A stretch of 64,000 nt of DNA from an uncultured bacterium (GTDB taxonomy: Bacteria; Verrucomicrobiota; Verrucomicrobiia; Verrucomicrobiales; DEV007), in NCBI GenBank assembly GCA_963977015.1, contig CAXBMO010000010.1:147555-211554 (forward strand), written 5' to 3'. Both the position numbers and the translations under genes were made by a program. Shown piece by piece: positions 55,618 to 64,000 of this stretch (the stretch's first letter is position 1; the number at the start of each line of letters is the position of its first letter). The notes below the pieces were generated by a model. The model ran no database searches. It was given only the letters and a program-made list of their open reading frames with translations, and was not told the origin of the DNA.

Positions 55618-56352
55618 TTGTCAAAAATACGTCTAGATCAACTCATCGTGCAGCGCGGACTTTGTGAGTCGCGTGAGCAGGCCAAACGCCTGGTCTTGGC
55701 CGGTGAGGTCGAAGTCGAGGGGCATGAGCGGCTCAAACCCGGTTCGACACTTCCGGACGATGTCGAAATTCGGATCAAGGAACGGCCCAAGTTCGTGGGA
55801 CGAGGCGGCTTTAAGCTCGAGGGGGCGCTGGAACAGTTTGAGATCGATGTCGAAGGAAAGATCGGGATCGACATTGGCGCGTCCACGGGAGGGTTTACCG
55901 ATTGCCTGCTGCAACGCGGTGCGGTGAAAGTCTACGCCTTCGACGTCGGAACCAATCAACTCGTCTGGAAATTGCGAAATGATCGGCGGGTTGTTTCTCG
56001 CGAGAAATTCAATTGCCGCCACATGACGCGGGAAGACGTGGAGGAACCCGGAGACATTGTGGTGATTGACGTCTCCTTCATTTCCTTGACCAAGATTTTG
56101 CCGGCCGCCTTCGAGGTGTTGAAGAAAGGAGGGGATCTGATCTGCCTGATCAAACCCCAATTTGAGTTGGATCGGAACGAGGTTGGCAAGGGCGGAATCG
56201 TTCGCGAAGATTCGCTTCGGCAGAAGACCGTGACGAAAATTCGTGACTTTGCGGAGGGCGAGATGAAGAAATCCTGGCAACAGGTGATGGAATCGCCTAT
56301 AGCTGGGACCGATGGAAATCAGGAATTTCTAGCATGGATACGCCACGTGTAG
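55618..56352 (+). CDS. tlyA: TlyA family rRNA 2'-O-methyltransferase
   Basis: S4-like RLDQLIVQRGL..SRE.AK; FVGRGGFKL; DIGASTGGFTD; DVSFISL; LIKPQFE; GNQEFL. Probable TTG start. Confidence 0.93.
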   Translation: MSKIRLDQLIVQRGLCESREQAKRLVLAGEVEVEGHERLKPGSTLPDDVEIRIKERPKFVGRGGFKLEGALEQFEIDVEGKIGIDIGASTGGFTDCLLQRGAVKVYAFDVGTNQLVWKLRNDRRVVSREKFNCRHMTREDVEEPGDIVVIDVSFISLTKILPAAFEVLKKGGDLICLIKPQFELDRNEVGKGGIVREDSLRQKTVTKIRDFAEGEMKKSWQQVMESPIAGTDGNQEFLAWIRHV

Positions 56353-57200
56353 GGATCGTCGCGAATGTCGATAAGCCGGAAGCCGCCAAAGTGGTGGATC
56401 GTCTTCGAGCCGAGTTTGGGAAGCTTGATGTCGTGGCGCACCTGGATCAATCAACGGCTGAGTTTTGTGGGCATCCCGGAGGCAAATCCTTGGATGAGTT
56501 GGTCGAAGAGGTCGATCTCATGGTCCTTTTGGGAGGGGATGGAACGCTCCTGCACCTGGCGAGCGAGCTGGGACCCAGGGTCAAGCCGATCGCCGCGATC
56601 AATACCGGGACATTGGGGTTTCTAACCTTGGGAACGGTTGAGGATTTGCCGGAAATCACCCGTCTCATTGCGAGCCGTTCGTATCAATTGAGCGAACGTT
56701 CCGTCATCGCGGTAACGACCTACGAACCCGGTGAAGCGCCCAAGGTTCGCTATGCCCTCAATGAAGTTTCCATCAGTCGTGGTGCCGCAACCAGAGCGGT
56801 CAAAGTCGATGCCTGGGTGCGCGGCGAGTTTCTCACCACCTACAGCGGCGATGGACTGATTGTTGCGACGCCGACCGGCTCAACCGCCTATTCGCTGAGC
56901 GCTGGAGGGCCGATTATCGTGCCGAATTCCGGCGTTTTTGTGCTGACTCCGGTTTGCCCGCATTCGCTTTCCAGCCGGCCGCTTGTGGTGAGCAATCAGT
57001 CACCGATTGAAATCACCACTCCAGAGCAACGCGACGAAGTCGTGATGACCGTGGATGGGCAAAAGGCGCATTTGATGAATGGTGACACCAGGCTGGAAAT
57101 CGCTCTTGCTGACTACAAGGTGCCACTCGTCACCTCTCCCGGGGCCTCGTTTTTTGGTGTGCTTCGCCAAAAGCTGGATTGGTCGGGAAGCAACAAGTGA
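56334..57200 (+). CDS. nadK: NAD(+)/NADH kinase
   Basis: LGGDGT, G.LGFL, ALNE, DGLIVATPTGSTAYSLSAGGPI. Confidence 0.96.
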   Translation: MDTPRVGIVANVDKPEAAKVVDRLRAEFGKLDVVAHLDQSTAEFCGHPGGKSLDELVEEVDLMVLLGGDGTLLHLASELGPRVKPIAAINTGTLGFLTLGTVEDLPEITRLIASRSYQLSERSVIAVTTYEPGEAPKVRYALNEVSISRGAATRAVKVDAWVRGEFLTTYSGDGLIVATPTGSTAYSLSAGGPIIVPNSGVFVLTPVCPHSLSSRPLVVSNQSPIEITTPEQRDEVVMTVDGQKAHLMNGDTRLEIALADYKVPLVTSPGASFFGVLRQKLDWSGSNK

Positions 57201-57266
57201 GCGAGGGGATTAGGGGCGTCGATTGAAAAAAGCGTAACCCGGATTTGGGATGCGTCGTCAATCGGT

Positions 57267-59756
57267 ATGATGCAACTGCTCCGACTGCTTCTTCCCCTGG
57301 TTTTTGCGGCGAACTCCGTCGCCAACGCGCAAGACGGTTTAACTGCCGAACAAGCGGAATTTTTCGAGGCGAAGATTCGGCCGGCACTTTTCGATTACTG
57401 CTATCGGTGCCATTCTGCGGAGGAAAAAATCAAGGGAGGTCTCACTGTCGATACGAGAGACGGGTTGATCTTTGGAGGCGATTCTGGTCCTGCGATCGTT
57501 CCCGGCGACTTGGAAGGGAGTTTACTTTGGACCGCCATCACCTGGGCGGATGGAGAATACGAAATGCCGCCCAAGGAGAAAATGCCGGCGCATGTCATCG
57601 CGGATTTTCAGAAGTGGATCCTGATGGGCGCGCCAGACCCAAGAGTGACCGAAAAGGAGGTGGTTGAGACGGAAATTGATGTCGAAGCCGGAAAGTTGTT
57701 TTGGTCGTTCCGAAAGCCGGAAAAGGCGACTCCTCCCGCGACCAACGATACGGAGTGGGCGGAGACTGCGATTGATCAATTCGTCCTTGCCAAACTGGAG
57801 GAGAAAGAACTCGAACCCGCAGGCGAGGCCAACCCCGATGCCTTGTTGCGGCGTCTCCATTTCGATCTCATTGGGCTTCCGCCATCACCGGAAGAGTGCT
57901 CCGCTTTCCTCGATTCCTGGGCTCAGGATCCCGAGACTGCGATCACCTCAAAACTCGACGAACTTCTGGCGAGTCCCCATTTCGGGGAGCGCTGGGGACG
58001 ACATTGGTTGGACGTGGCGCGATACGCGGAGTCGACGGGAAAGGAAGTGAATGTGCTTTTTCCGGAAGCCTGGCGCTATCGGGATTACGTGATCGATTCG
58101 TTCAATGCGGACAAGCCGTATGACGAATTCTTGAAGGAGCAGATCGCGGGAGATTTGCTGCCCATCAGGAACGATGCGGATTGGCAGGAAAACTTGATCG
58201 CAACGGGATTTCTCGCCCTGGGAACCAAGGGGTTGAACGAGCAGAACCCTCGCCAGTTCGCCATGGACCTGGTGGATGAGCAGATTGATGCCACAACCCA
58301 GGCAATTCTTGGCCTGACCGTAGCCTGCGCGCGCTGTCATGATCACAAAAGCGATCCCATTCCAACCCAGGATTATTATGCGATGGCGGGAATCTTTCTT
58401 AGCACCGAAACGTTTTATGGAACCACCGCAGCGATCGTCAATCGCCGTCCCTTTGAGCTGCTGGTTCTTCCGGTTGCCGACCAAAACCCGGGCCAGTCGA
58501 TCGGTGCGAACGAGTTGGCACAACTTAAGTCCCGCTTGGCCGACCTGGAATCCGAACAGGCGGAATTGCGGGCACAAGCCATTCGTGAGCGCCTCCAGCA
58601 GCGAAATGGAATGTCGTCCATGGAGCCGGCGGCGAATCTCGTTCAGAACAACATTCGGCTCAACAACCAGATCAATCAGCTGCGAAGCCGGATCAACGGT
58701 TTCCATGGCAACGGTGTTCCAAAGACATTCGGGATGGGGGTTCAAGAACGGGAGACGCCGGTCAATGCGCCGGTTTTGGTGAGAGGCGAGGTCAACAAGC
58801 CCGCGCAAAAGGTTGAACGCGGATTCCTTCAGGTTTTGGATCATGTGCCGGCCGGCGAAATCTCTCCGGCGGCGAGCGGAAGGTTGGAGCTCGCGGAATG
58901 GCTCAGTTCCCGGGAAAACCCACTGACGGCTCGGGTCATGGTCAACCGGATCTGGCAGAAGTTGTTTGGCGCTGGACTCGTTCCGACGCCCGACAATTTT
59001 GGAGCCACCGGACAGCCGCCGTCCCATCCTGAGTTGCTCGATTACCTCGCCGTGCGCTTCGTCGAGAACGAGTTTTCGATCAAAGCGATGATTCGGGAAT
59101 TGGTTCTGACGCGCACCTACCAGATGAGCACTGAGTTCGATTCGGAAAACTATGAGTTCGATCCGGAGAATCACTATTTATGGCGGGCGACTCCGCGAAG
59201 ACTCGATGCCGAGGTGCTCCGGGATTCGATGTTGGTTGCGAGCGGGCAACTGGATCGGGAGCGACCTCACGCCTCGGCGGTGAAGCAGCTTCAGAATTCG
59301 CTCCGCGCATTTCGCTTCGATCCCGGTCAACTGGATCAGTCCGTGAATTACCGTTCCGTTTATCTTCCTGTGGTGCGCGACTCACTACCGGAATCCCTGG
59401 CCCTGTTTGATGCGGCGGATCCGACCATTGTCAGTGGATCGCGCGAATCGACGAATGTTCCGTCCCAGGCGCTCTATCTGATGAACAACCCGTTCGTGAT
59501 CCAGCAGGCCGAGTTCATGGCCCGGCGTCTCATGAACGAGGCAAAGACCCCTCGGGAACGCTTTGCCAGAGCATTCATGATTGCCTTTGGTCGAAATCCG
59601 ACCCCGGCCGAAATCGAGAGTTCGATGGAGTTCTTCCAAGCCTTCATGCCGCAGGCCCAAGAGCAGGCGGGATCTCGCGACCAGGCGCGCTTTCTCACGT
59701 TTTCCTCATTTTGCCAGGGGCTTTTGGCCTCGGCGGAATTTCGTTTTCTCAACTAA
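57267..59756 (+). CDS. PSD1 / planctomycete cytochrome c protein (DUF1549 + DUF1553)
   Basis: CYRCH and CARCHDHK; FGERWGRHWLDVARYAES; NPLTARVMVNRIW; PSHPELLD; RRLDAE.LRD. Confidence 0.93.
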   Translation: MMQLLRLLLPLVFAANSVANAQDGLTAEQAEFFEAKIRPALFDYCYRCHSAEEKIKGGLTVDTRDGLIFGGDSGPAIVPGDLEGSLLWTAITWADGEYEMPPKEKMPAHVIADFQKWILMGAPDPRVTEKEVVETEIDVEAGKLFWSFRKPEKATPPATNDTEWAETAIDQFVLAKLEEKELEPAGEANPDALLRRLHFDLIGLPPSPEECSAFLDSWAQDPETAITSKLDELLASPHFGERWGRHWLDVARYAESTGKEVNVLFPEAWRYRDYVIDSFNADKPYDEFLKEQIAGDLLPIRNDADWQENLIATGFLALGTKGLNEQNPRQFAMDLVDEQIDATTQAILGLTVACARCHDHKSDPIPTQDYYAMAGIFLSTETFYGTTAAIVNRRPFELLVLPVADQNPGQSIGANELAQLKSRLADLESEQAELRAQAIRERLQQRNGMSSMEPAANLVQNNIRLNNQINQLRSRINGFHGNGVPKTFGMGVQERETPVNAPVLVRGEVNKPAQKVERGFLQVLDHVPAGEISPAASGRLELAEWLSSRENPLTARVMVNRIWQKLFGAGLVPTPDNFGATGQPPSHPELLDYLAVRFVENEFSIKAMIRELVLTRTYQMSTEFDSENYEFDPENHYLWRATPRRLDAEVLRDSMLVASGQLDRERPHASAVKQLQNSLRAFRFDPGQLDQSVNYRSVYLPVVRDSLPESLALFDAADPTIVSGSRESTNVPSQALYLMNNPFVIQQAEFMARRLMNEAKTPRERFARAFMIAFGRNPTPAEIESSMEFFQAFMPQAQEQAGSRDQARFLTFSSFCQGLLASAEFRFLN

Positions 59757-59770
59757 TTACCACCCTAACC

Positions 59771-61159
59771 ATGAATCCTGAATTTACCCCGTCCCGGCGC
59801 CATCTCCTCAAGTCAGTTTCGAGTGGTTTTGGTTACCTTGCCTTTGCTGCGCTGGTCCATGAACGGGCGTTGGCGGAGTCTCCGCTTGCTCCCAAACAGC
59901 CGCACTTCCCGGCTCGGGCAAAGCGCGTCATTTTTCTCTCGATGCGGGGAGCGCCGTCGCATGTCGATACGTTTGACTACAAACCCAAGTTGACGGCGGA
60001 TGATGGGAAAACCGGGAAATATGGCCGTGGCAATGCTTCGCGACTCCTGGGGTCGCCGTGGAAGTTTCGTCAGCACGGAGAAGGTGGGCTCTGGATTTCC
60101 GAACTCTTTCCCGAAATCGCAAAGCATGCGGATCAACTCTCTGTTCTGAAAGGCATGCACACGGATTTGCCCAATCATCCCCAGGCCCAGACCCAGATGC
60201 ACACTGGCAATTCGCAGTTCGTTCGCCCATCGTTGGGAGCTTGGTCTGTTTACGGGTTAGGAACCGAGAACGAGAATTTGCCGGGCTTCGTCGCGTTGAA
60301 CCCGGCTCCGGGAACGGCGCAACACTTCGGAAGCGCCTTTTTGCCAGCGATCTATCAAGGAACCAAAATTGGGGCGGCATCGAGGCGCAGAAATCAGCGG
60401 GGTGGATCCCAAAGCCCGCAGATTCCGAACGTCTCGAATGCCAAGATGGATCGGGGGATGCAGCGCACGCAGTTGGATTTCGTGCAGGCCTTGAATCGAG
60501 ACAAGTTGGCTCGTGACGTTCACCAGCCACAGGTCGAAGGGGTGATCGAGTCTTTCGAATTGGCCTTCCGGATGCAGGATCAGCTTCCCAAACTGGTTGA
60601 TTTGGCGGACGAAAGTCAATCAACGCTGGACCTCTATGGAATTGGGGGCGGAGAGACCGACCGCTTTGGCCGCCAGTGTCTGCTGGCGCGTCGGTTCGCT
60701 GAAGAGGGAGTTCGCTTCATCGAGTTGAGTCATCAAAATTGGGATCACCATTTTAATCTGAAGGAGGATCTCCCGGCACGGTGCCATGAAATCGATCGAC
60801 CCATTGCCGGATTGCTGACCGATCTGGCACAACGCGATATGCTGAAGGATACGCTGGTGATCTGGGCCGGAGAATTTGGCCGGACTCCTCATGGTCAGGG
60901 CGGAAATGGCCGCGATCACAACAACAAGGGATACAGCACGTGGATGGCAGGTGGTGGTGTCAAAGGCGGGTTCAGTTACGGCGCGACGGATGAACATGGC
61001 TACGAAGCGGTCGAAGGCAAAATGCATATTCACGATTGGCACGCGACAATTCTGCACCTGCTGGGGCTCGATCATGAGGCGCTGACGTTTCGACATGCGG
61101 GAAGAGACTTCCGCCTGACCGACGTTCACGGGGAGGTCGCAAAAGAGATTTTGGCATAG
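59771..61159 (+). CDS. DUF1501 family Tat-exported protein (sulfatase-like fold)
   Basis: SRRHLLK Tat motif; AKRVIFL.M.G.PSHVDTFDYKP; GEFGRTP; GRDH; TILHLLG.DH..LT. Confidence 0.93.
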   Translation: MNPEFTPSRRHLLKSVSSGFGYLAFAALVHERALAESPLAPKQPHFPARAKRVIFLSMRGAPSHVDTFDYKPKLTADDGKTGKYGRGNASRLLGSPWKFRQHGEGGLWISELFPEIAKHADQLSVLKGMHTDLPNHPQAQTQMHTGNSQFVRPSLGAWSVYGLGTENENLPGFVALNPAPGTAQHFGSAFLPAIYQGTKIGAASRRRNQRGGSQSPQIPNVSNAKMDRGMQRTQLDFVQALNRDKLARDVHQPQVEGVIESFELAFRMQDQLPKLVDLADESQSTLDLYGIGGGETDRFGRQCLLARRFAEEGVRFIELSHQNWDHHFNLKEDLPARCHEIDRPIAGLLTDLAQRDMLKDTLVIWAGEFGRTPHGQGGNGRDHNNKGYSTWMAGGGVKGGFSYGATDEHGYEAVEGKMHIHDWHATILHLLGLDHEALTFRHAGRDFRLTDVHGEVAKEILA

Positions 61160-61191
61160 AATTGGATGGGAATTGGCGCTAGTCGTCACGG

Positions 61192-61944
61192 GTGACTCTC
61201 ACCAAATCCGCTCGCGAAGTGATCATCGGCCTGACGTTGGTCGTGATCTTTGCGACGGTGTGTTACGCGGTCTTCGGCAGTGTCGATTATGATGCGGATT
61301 GGAGCACGTTTTGGGACCGGCGATCCACGCTCTTCAGCGGTTGGCTGGTGACGGTCGCAGTTTCGTTGGTGGGACTCATTATCGCCGCCAGCTTGGCGAT
61401 TTTGCTGGTAGCGGGGCAGCGCGCGGGTTCAACCGTTCTGAGGCGCTTTTGTCAGGGATACATCGAACTGGTTCGGGGAACACCGCTCCTGGTGCATGTT
61501 TACATCGGTTTCTACATTTTGGCCGATGCCTTCCAACTCACCGACCGCTTTTGGGTGGGCAGCATTATCTTGGCGGCGTTTTCGGCGGCATACCTCGCGG
61601 AAATCATCCGCGGCGGAATTGAATCGATCGCATCGTCTCAGCGCGAGGCGTCGCTCGCCGTCGGGTTCACCGAATTTCAGACCTATCGTTTTGTCATCAT
61701 TCCCCAAACCGTTCGGCGAATTCTTCCCGCCGTGACGGGTGAGTTTGCCAATCTGATCAAGAATTCCTCCCTCTTGAGCATCATCTCCATCAGCGAATTC
61801 ACCAAGGAAATTCGCGATGCCCAGTCGATCACCTACGCCACGTTTGAGCTCTATTTGCCGCTCGCTCTCGGATACCTGCTCCTCACCATCCCGATCGCAT
61901 TGGTCGCGCGAAACCTGGAATCCCGATTTGCCTATGAATCTTGA
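61192..61944 (+). CDS. Polar amino acid ABC transporter permease
   Basis: YIELVRGTPLLV, AYLAEIIRGGI..I...QREA, LIKNSSLLS.I. Confidence 0.92.
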   Translation: MTLTKSAREVIIGLTLVVIFATVCYAVFGSVDYDADWSTFWDRRSTLFSGWLVTVAVSLVGLIIAASLAILLVAGQRAGSTVLRRFCQGYIELVRGTPLLVHVYIGFYILADAFQLTDRFWVGSIILAAFSAAYLAEIIRGGIESIASSQREASLAVGFTEFQTYRFVIIPQTVRRILPAVTGEFANLIKNSSLLSIISISEFTKEIRDAQSITYATFELYLPLALGYLLLTIPIALVARNLESRFAYES

Positions 61945-62671
61945 ACTAAGCCAGGTTTCCAAGCAATTTGGTCAGATCAAGGCCATGGACAACGTCAGCC
62001 TTTCGGTGGGTGAAGATGTGAAGACGTTGGTGCTCATCGGACCGTCGGGTGGCGGAAAATCGACCTTGCTGCGCGTCTTGGCAGGATTGCAGAAACCTGA
62101 TTCTGGCGTGGTGAACGTCGAAGGGCATCGCGTTGAGTTTGATGACCGCGAAAAGCTGTTGGCTCATCGGCGCAGAAACGGATTTGTTTTTCAGTCCTGG
62201 AACCTGTTTCCGCATTTGAGTGCGCTTCAGAACATCACGCTTCCGTTGGAGCAGGTTCACGGGTTGGAACCGGCAAAGGCCCTCGAACTTGCCGAGGCTC
62301 AGTTGGAGCGGTTTCATCTGTCGGACCATGGGAGCAAGCAACCCGCGCAACTGTCCGGCGGTCAGCAGCAACGTGTGGCGTTGGCTCGCGCCATCGCTCC
62401 CAAACCGAGCCTCGTGCTGTTGGATGAACCCACTTCAGCCTTGGATCCGGAAATGACTGCGGAAGTTCTCGAGTTGATCGAAGAACTTTGTGAGGAAGGC
62501 CAGAATTTGGTTCTTTCCACTCACGAAATGGGATTTGCTCGGGCCGTGGCGGATCGAATCGTCTTTCTCGCCCAAGGGAAAGTCATCGCTTCAGAAAGCC
62601 CGGAGAAGCTGTTTGATCAAACTCCGGATCCGGAAGTGGCGCGATTTGTGGCCAAGGTGATGCGCTACTGA
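61934..62671 (+). CDS. Polar amino acid ABC transporter ATP-binding protein
   Basis: GPSGGGKST, LSGGQQQRVA, LDEPTSALDPE, THEMGFAR; ATG 61934 overlaps the permease. Confidence 0.93.
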   Translation: MNLELSQVSKQFGQIKAMDNVSLSVGEDVKTLVLIGPSGGGKSTLLRVLAGLQKPDSGVVNVEGHRVEFDDREKLLAHRRRNGFVFQSWNLFPHLSALQNITLPLEQVHGLEPAKALELAEAQLERFHLSDHGSKQPAQLSGGQQQRVALARAIAPKPSLVLLDEPTSALDPEMTAEVLELIEELCEEGQNLVLSTHEMGFARAVADRIVFLAQGKVIASESPEKLFDQTPDPEVARFVAKVMRY

Positions 62672-62765
62672 TCGGAAGGCTCGAAACAGAGAAGGGGATT
62701 CACGCAGGAATGGGGAAATTCGGTTTTCGGTTTTTCCGTTTCTGGTGGAATGGTATTGATTTTTT

Positions 62766-63356
62766 ATGAACTCAATTTGTGTATTCTGCGGAGCCAGCCC
62801 CGGCCTGCGACCTGATTATCTGGAGGCCGCGCGTTTGGTGGGCAGAACCATTGCAGAAACCGGGATTCGGATGGTTTATGGAGGTGGCGCCGTCGGCATG
62901 ATGGGAGCGGTTGCCGATGCCTGTCTTGACGCGGGAGGGGAGGTGACCGGAGTGATCACGGAACAGCTCTCCGATCTTGAGGTGGGGCACGACAATCTCA
63001 CCTCGCTGGAAGTGGTGAAGTCGATGCATGATCGAAAGGCTCGGATGGCCGACCTGTCGGATGGGTTCGTGGCCTTGCCGGGAGGAATTGGGACCTTGGA
63101 GGAAATGTTCGAGGTCTTCACGTGGGCGCAACTGCAGCTGCACGCGAAACCCTGCGGCCTGCTCAATGTGGAGGGCTACTACGACGACCTCCATGCATTT
63201 CTCCAGCATTCGGTCCAGGAACGATTTCTGCTTGCCGAACATGGCGAAATGCTGCTTCTGGATGAAAATTTCGAAAACTTGCTCGCGAGAATGTTGAATT
63301 TTGAACCCATTCATTTGGAGAAATGGGTTGATCGAAAAATCTCCGGAGCAGGTTAA
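62766..63356 (+). CDS. LOG family nucleotide phosphoribohydrolase (TIGR00730)
   Basis: ICVFCGA, VYGGG..G.MG, MHDRK, PGGIGTLEE. Confidence 0.93.
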   Translation: MNSICVFCGASPGLRPDYLEAARLVGRTIAETGIRMVYGGGAVGMMGAVADACLDAGGEVTGVITEQLSDLEVGHDNLTSLEVVKSMHDRKARMADLSDGFVALPGGIGTLEEMFEVFTWAQLQLHAKPCGLLNVEGYYDDLHAFLQHSVQERFLLAEHGEMLLLDENFENLLARMLNFEPIHLEKWVDRKISGAG

Positions 63357-63366
63357 GCTAGCGATC

Positions 63367-63933
63367 ATGTCGAAGCGCAAAGTCAAGCCGCCAGTCAAAG
63401 CTCGCAAAGCTGCCCAGAAACGTGCCGAGGAGAAGAAACTGGAAAACTTGGACGTCGGCTCAGGAAGCACAGGCGTTGCCGGGACCGGTAAGTTTTTTGG
63501 AGTCGGGATTCTCGTGATTCTCGGGATTGCAGCGATCGGTGCTGCTGCCTACTACCTTCCCAAAACCGAGTGGTTGAAGGCGGATACAAAACCTTGGCTT
63601 AGTTACGAGAGTAGAATCAAGGAGCCGGACGAAGGCTCTCCCTACTACGAATACCGAGCCAAAGAAGTGGAACACTGGGTCGATGGTGTGCGCCAAAACG
63701 GAATTAAGGCCGACGATCTCGCGATGATTCTGCGGCGCGCCGACAAGTGGCTGAGCCTTCCTGATGCGACCCGCATTCTGGAGGCAGCTCATGCCGCGCA
63801 ACCTGGCCACAAGACTCTGGTAACGGAACACGCCAGGAAACTTCGAGAGAAAGCCCAGCCATCAAATGCGGAAGAACGCGCCTGTCGAGCCCGGCTCGAT
63901 CGCTTGATCAATCTTGGGAGGGAACCGGAGTAG
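63367..63933 (+). CDS. Hypothetical single-TM protein
   Basis: Basic N-terminus, TM FFGVGILVILGIAAIGAAAYY, helical C-domain. Confidence 0.65.
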   Translation: MSKRKVKPPVKARKAAQKRAEEKKLENLDVGSGSTGVAGTGKFFGVGILVILGIAAIGAAAYYLPKTEWLKADTKPWLSYESRIKEPDEGSPYYEYRAKEVEHWVDGVRQNGIKADDLAMILRRADKWLSLPDATRILEAAHAAQPGHKTLVTEHARKLREKAQPSNAEERACRARLDRLINLGREPE

Positions 63934-64000
63934 GCGCTTCCGGGACAGTTGGTTCTGGCGCAGTTGGTTCTGGCGCAGTTGGTTCTGGCGCAGTTGGTTC
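63908..64000 (-). CDS. Possible 3' end of a gene with a Pro-rich (TAPEP)n tail (partial)
   Basis: Minus frame reads ...(TAPEP)n-TVPEAPTPVPSQD*, stop at 63908-10; continues beyond the window. Confidence 0.45.
   Translation of the reverse strand, partial: EPTAPEPTAPEPTAPEPTVPEAPTPVPSQD
63946..64000. repeat. Perfect 15-bp tandem repeat (CAGTTGGTTCTGGCG), at least 3.7 copies
   Basis: Identical units at 63946, 63961, 63976 and a partial unit at 63991; truncated by the window edge. Confidence 0.95.

Noticed and set aside
57267-61159. PSD1-cytochrome + DUF1501 pair as a novel system
   Set aside because: Function is unknown, but it is a well-known, highly paralogous gene pair in Planctomycetota/Verrucomicrobiota; nothing distinctive here.
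63946-64000. CRISPR array
   Set aside because: Units are contiguous 15-mers with no spacers, and there are no cas genes in the window.

Overview
Gene-dense bacterial chromosomal window, most likely PVC superphylum / Verrucomicrobiota (inferred from the PSD1-cytochrome + DUF1501 pair, planctomycete-type cytochrome c, long three-domain IspG, DUF3568 lipoprotein and two sulfatases). About 46 CDS, mostly housekeeping or envelope genes (glgA/glgM-like, ispG, rseP, cimA, lpxB, sodA, tlyA, nadK, ABC-F, LOG). I found no rRNA, tRNA, CRISPR or transposase. Main observations: (1) an unannotated Ile-rich leader peptide MPFALRISIII with alternative hairpins upstream of citramalate synthase, a candidate Ile-sensing attenuator; (2) an arfABC-like envelope operon whose OmpA protein carries about 10 tandem ArfA-B/BON-like repeats, next to an acidic triple-H3TH membrane protein; (3) tandem coiled-coil DD-carboxypeptidase paralogs, one with all catalytic motifs altered; (4) a ~205-bp TA-flanked MITE inserted exactly into the shared stop codons of two convergent genes; (5) a DUF4407-orphan-DUF4407 cluster converging on an HNH nuclease; (6) a 30-aa membrane microprotein and repeated leaderless-type promoter geometry. 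Family names come from recognising motifs by eye, not from database searches.
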